Shown: piece after piece, positions 39,761 to 41,550 of the stretch
How positions within the stretch are numbered: the first letter of the stretch is position 1
Layout: each line of letters starts with the position of its first letter
Source of the DNA: a virus
Virus record (IMG/VR): IMGVR_UViG_3300034236_000021
Strand: one strand, 5' to 3'
Length of the DNA stretch: 41,550 nt
The notes under the pieces: generated by a model
What the model saw: the letters and a program-made list of their open reading frames with translations, nothing else
Databases searched by the model: none
What the model was told of the DNA's origin: nothing
Made by a program: the position numbers and the translations under genes

Positions 39761-41550
39761 TATCTTGTAGCTATCCAGTGAAGCAAGTTAGTTAATGTTG
39801 CACCATTATCAAAGGTGGTGAGCGCATTCGCCTCAGTCCATGCAGCTGCTGGGTCGAGTACCGCCTTAGCGGAGTTCATAACCCCTTGCCAGGCATCAGT
39901 CATTTCTATATGGAGAGTGCCTGTTGCACCCGTACCTCCTCCACCGACGACAGTGATGGTATCGCCGTCAACATAACCACTCCCCGTCCACTCATACGCT
40001 GAGCCTATCTTTGGAGTTATAGAAGTGACAGCACCTCCCGATACAGCAATAGTGACGAGAAGGCCTGTACCGCTACCCCCAGTTGTTGCTAGGCTGCTTC
40101 CTGCGGTATAGCCTGAGCCACCCGTGAGCTTGGTTATCCGGTAAGGCGTACTACGGCTATCGATACGTGACATAACGGCCGGGTACTCATCCGCAACCCA
40201 GTCAGCCTCCAAGAAAAGTTCTGATATCGGTACGCAAGGGAGCATCTGGATTCCATGTATATACTCTTCCTGGGTTCCGAAGAAGGTGTTGTAGTCCATC
40301 TTAAAGTCGAACAAGATACCCACTGAGCCTTGCTGTTTGAAGTTCTCGGGCCAGATCGGTGAGTCAAGCTTAACGTGGTAGTAGCGCCGGACCGAGTGCA
40401 GTTCGGTGGCAGTCAGTAGTTGTCCGGTTGCAGCCATGTAGTCGCTGCCGCTCGCCAGTCCCCATAGTGTCAGTGCATAGTAGGCATTGATTGATTCACT
40501 GGAAGATTCTTGGTTCTTTGAGCTACTAGCTGCGCTTAAGCCATGGGCCCACGAATGGCCGTGGTACCAGTCTTTGTGACGGAATAGTGGGAAGCTGGTT
40601 TCACTTGGGTATGGGTTAGCTATATCTTTAGCTAGAACATTTACTTTTGTTTGGTAGCTAGCTAGGAACGCTGCGTCAGTCTTAGCAAGTATGGCGGCTG
40701 CGTAGAGCATGTATCCGTAGTGGAAGTGATGATCATTGTATATGCCATTGCCGAAGTCACCACCCGTAGATGTTGAGCCGTTTGTGGAGATGATGCCCCC
40801 GAAAGTCGTGTCATACAGTAGCTTATTTGTGTTAGTAGCGTCTAGCCAGGCTACAAGGCTTGGCTTGAACTTTGTACGAGCACTGGCCGCTAGAGTAGTC
40901 TCACCAAGTTCATCAGCTATTTGGGCTAGGCGGGCCCACTTCGCTAAGTACTTCCCACCGTAGTAGGGGTCAGCCTGCGCGGTAGTGGTACTGAATGTTG
41001 CACCAATGTCAGCGGTTAGCGCTGTCGTAATGGCTGCTATGCGGGTAGGGTCAATAGCATTCGGCGGCTTAAACCCAAATGTTGGGAGCACTTCACGCAT
41101 CGTCCATGAGGTGCCGCTTATCCCAGTCGTATCACCTTTAAGCACGTTATAGGTAATACCGGCTAGTGTTGGGTCCTGTATACCATCCATGTGATGGGGC
41201 AGTACGTGTGTCAGAAGCGTACCGCTTCCACTTGTCGTGTAAGTGAATACGATTGTACCCACGTTGTTATTTACGGTAAGAGTGAGATCAGCCCCAGTAA
41301 CGTATATGCCATGGGCAGCATCAAGTACGGCCTCATCTTCAGGCACGGATATAATGGCAGCCTGCAAAATTCCGGTGAAGGTGCTAGTAGCCACCAGCGC
41401 AGCAGTTGCGTGAGTGGATATGGTGATAACTGAGCTGGAGTAGATTACCCATGTCTGGCCATTACTCAGCACAATCTTAAACTTGTCACCTGTTGCACTT
41501 GAGCCTGGTGTTAGCCCATTAATAGTGACGATGCTCCCGGTGTGGGTGAT
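39760..41550 (-). CDS. GH81 endo-beta-1,3-glucanase, C-terminal 596 codons of the junction-spanning gene
   Basis: GH81 signature blocks YNDHHFHYGYMLYAAAILAK, FRHKDWYHGHSWAHGL, NQESSSESINAYYALTLWG and YIHGIQMLP. The frame stays open upstream of the track start at 41472, through 41550 and into 128-550. Confidence 0.88.
   Translation of the reverse strand: MTHTGSIVTINGLTPGSSATGDKFKIVLSNGQTWVIYSSSVITISTHATAALVATSTFTGILQAAIISVPEDEAVLDAAHGIYVTGADLTLTVNNNVGTIVFTYTTSGSGTLLTHVLPHHMDGIQDPTLAGITYNVLKGDTTGISGTSWTMREVLPTFGFKPPNAIDPTRIAAITTALTADIGATFSTTTAQADPYYGGKYLAKWARLAQIADELGETTLAASARTKFKPSLVAWLDATNTNKLLYDTTFGGIISTNGSTSTGGDFGNGIYNDHHFHYGYMLYAAAILAKTDAAFLASYQTKVNVLAKDIANPYPSETSFPLFRHKDWYHGHSWAHGLSAASSSKNQESSSESINAYYALTLWGLASGSDYMAATGQLLTATELHSVRRYYHVKLDSPIWPENFKQQGSVGILFDFKMDYNTFFGTQEEYIHGIQMLPCVPISELFLEADWVADEYPAVMSRIDSRSTPYRITKLTGGSGYTAGSSLATTGGSGTGLLVTIAVSGGAVTSITPKIGSAYEWTGSGYVDGDTITVVGGGGTGATGTLHIEMTDAWQGVMNSAKAVLDPAAAWTEANALTTFDNGATLTNLLHWIATR
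41424..41550. repeat. Terminal exact overlap, copy 2 (identical to 1-127)
   Basis: Same 127-nt string as 1-127. An ORF reads through it in frame, so it is the same locus written twice. Confidence 0.97.

Noticed and set aside
1-41550. tRNA, tmRNA, rRNA genes; reverse transcriptase, retron or DGR; transposase or IS elements
   Set aside because: I scanned the intergenic regions by eye for T-arm-like GGTTCGAATCC-type boxes and cloverleaf stems and found none. No ORF shows RT (YxDD), DDE or HUH motifs. A proper tRNAscan/Infernal run is still needed.

Overview
The window is a complete, circularly assembled tailed-phage genome. Bases 1-127 are repeated exactly at 41424-41550, so the unique circle is 41,423 bp. 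Base composition looks roughly balanced by eye; I did not compute it.

Nearly all genes lie on the minus strand in tightly coupled operons, with many ATGA or TAATG stop/start overlaps and AGGAG-type RBSs.
- Packaging and head module (9165 down to 1511): terS, terL, portal, scaffold, major capsid.
- Receptor-binding cluster, crossing the circle junction: a 319-aa fibre, a full-length GH81 endo-beta-1,3-glucanase (737 aa, split by the linearisation point) and a 596-aa fibre.
- Second virion block (36282 down to 27425): a 387-aa and a 1345-aa internal-type protein, 230-aa and 663-aa tail-tube-like proteins, and a 283-aa fibre.
- Gram-positive-style lysis cassette (27369 down to 25649): XhlA-like protein, CHAP lysin, small TM proteins.
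- Small tyrosine recombinase (21517-22365), flanked by long non-coding DNA.
- About 11 kb of small early genes (9146-20399), including a Rad52-type annealase, a DUF1064 nuclease, wHTH proteins, zinc-ribbon proteins, and a pentapeptide-repeat protein coupled to a SLOG/A1S_2505-like protein.

Only two genes are on the plus strand (24389-24922 and 36900-37259). Both encode membrane proteins and look like morons.

Most unusual features seen directly in the sequence:
1. A convergent pair of promoter/terminator-defined small RNAs with 19-nt perfect mutual complementarity (37621-37957).
2. A divergent two-gene cassette (CAP/SCP-domain protein plus TM protein) bounded by a perfect 24-bp inverted repeat (36300-37280).
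3. Two paralogous promoter-plus-leader elements of about 100 nt, each ending in a TTG start, in front of the portal gene and the 230-aa tail gene.
4. Several densely structured non-coding islands (20438-20700, 22366-23233, 23777-24388).
5. A GH81 glucanase inside the tail-fibre module.

No tRNA, rRNA, CRISPR array, transposase, DNA polymerase, primase, helicase or classical CI/Cro pair was recognised. All protein family calls come from motif recognition by eye and need HMM or BLAST confirmation.
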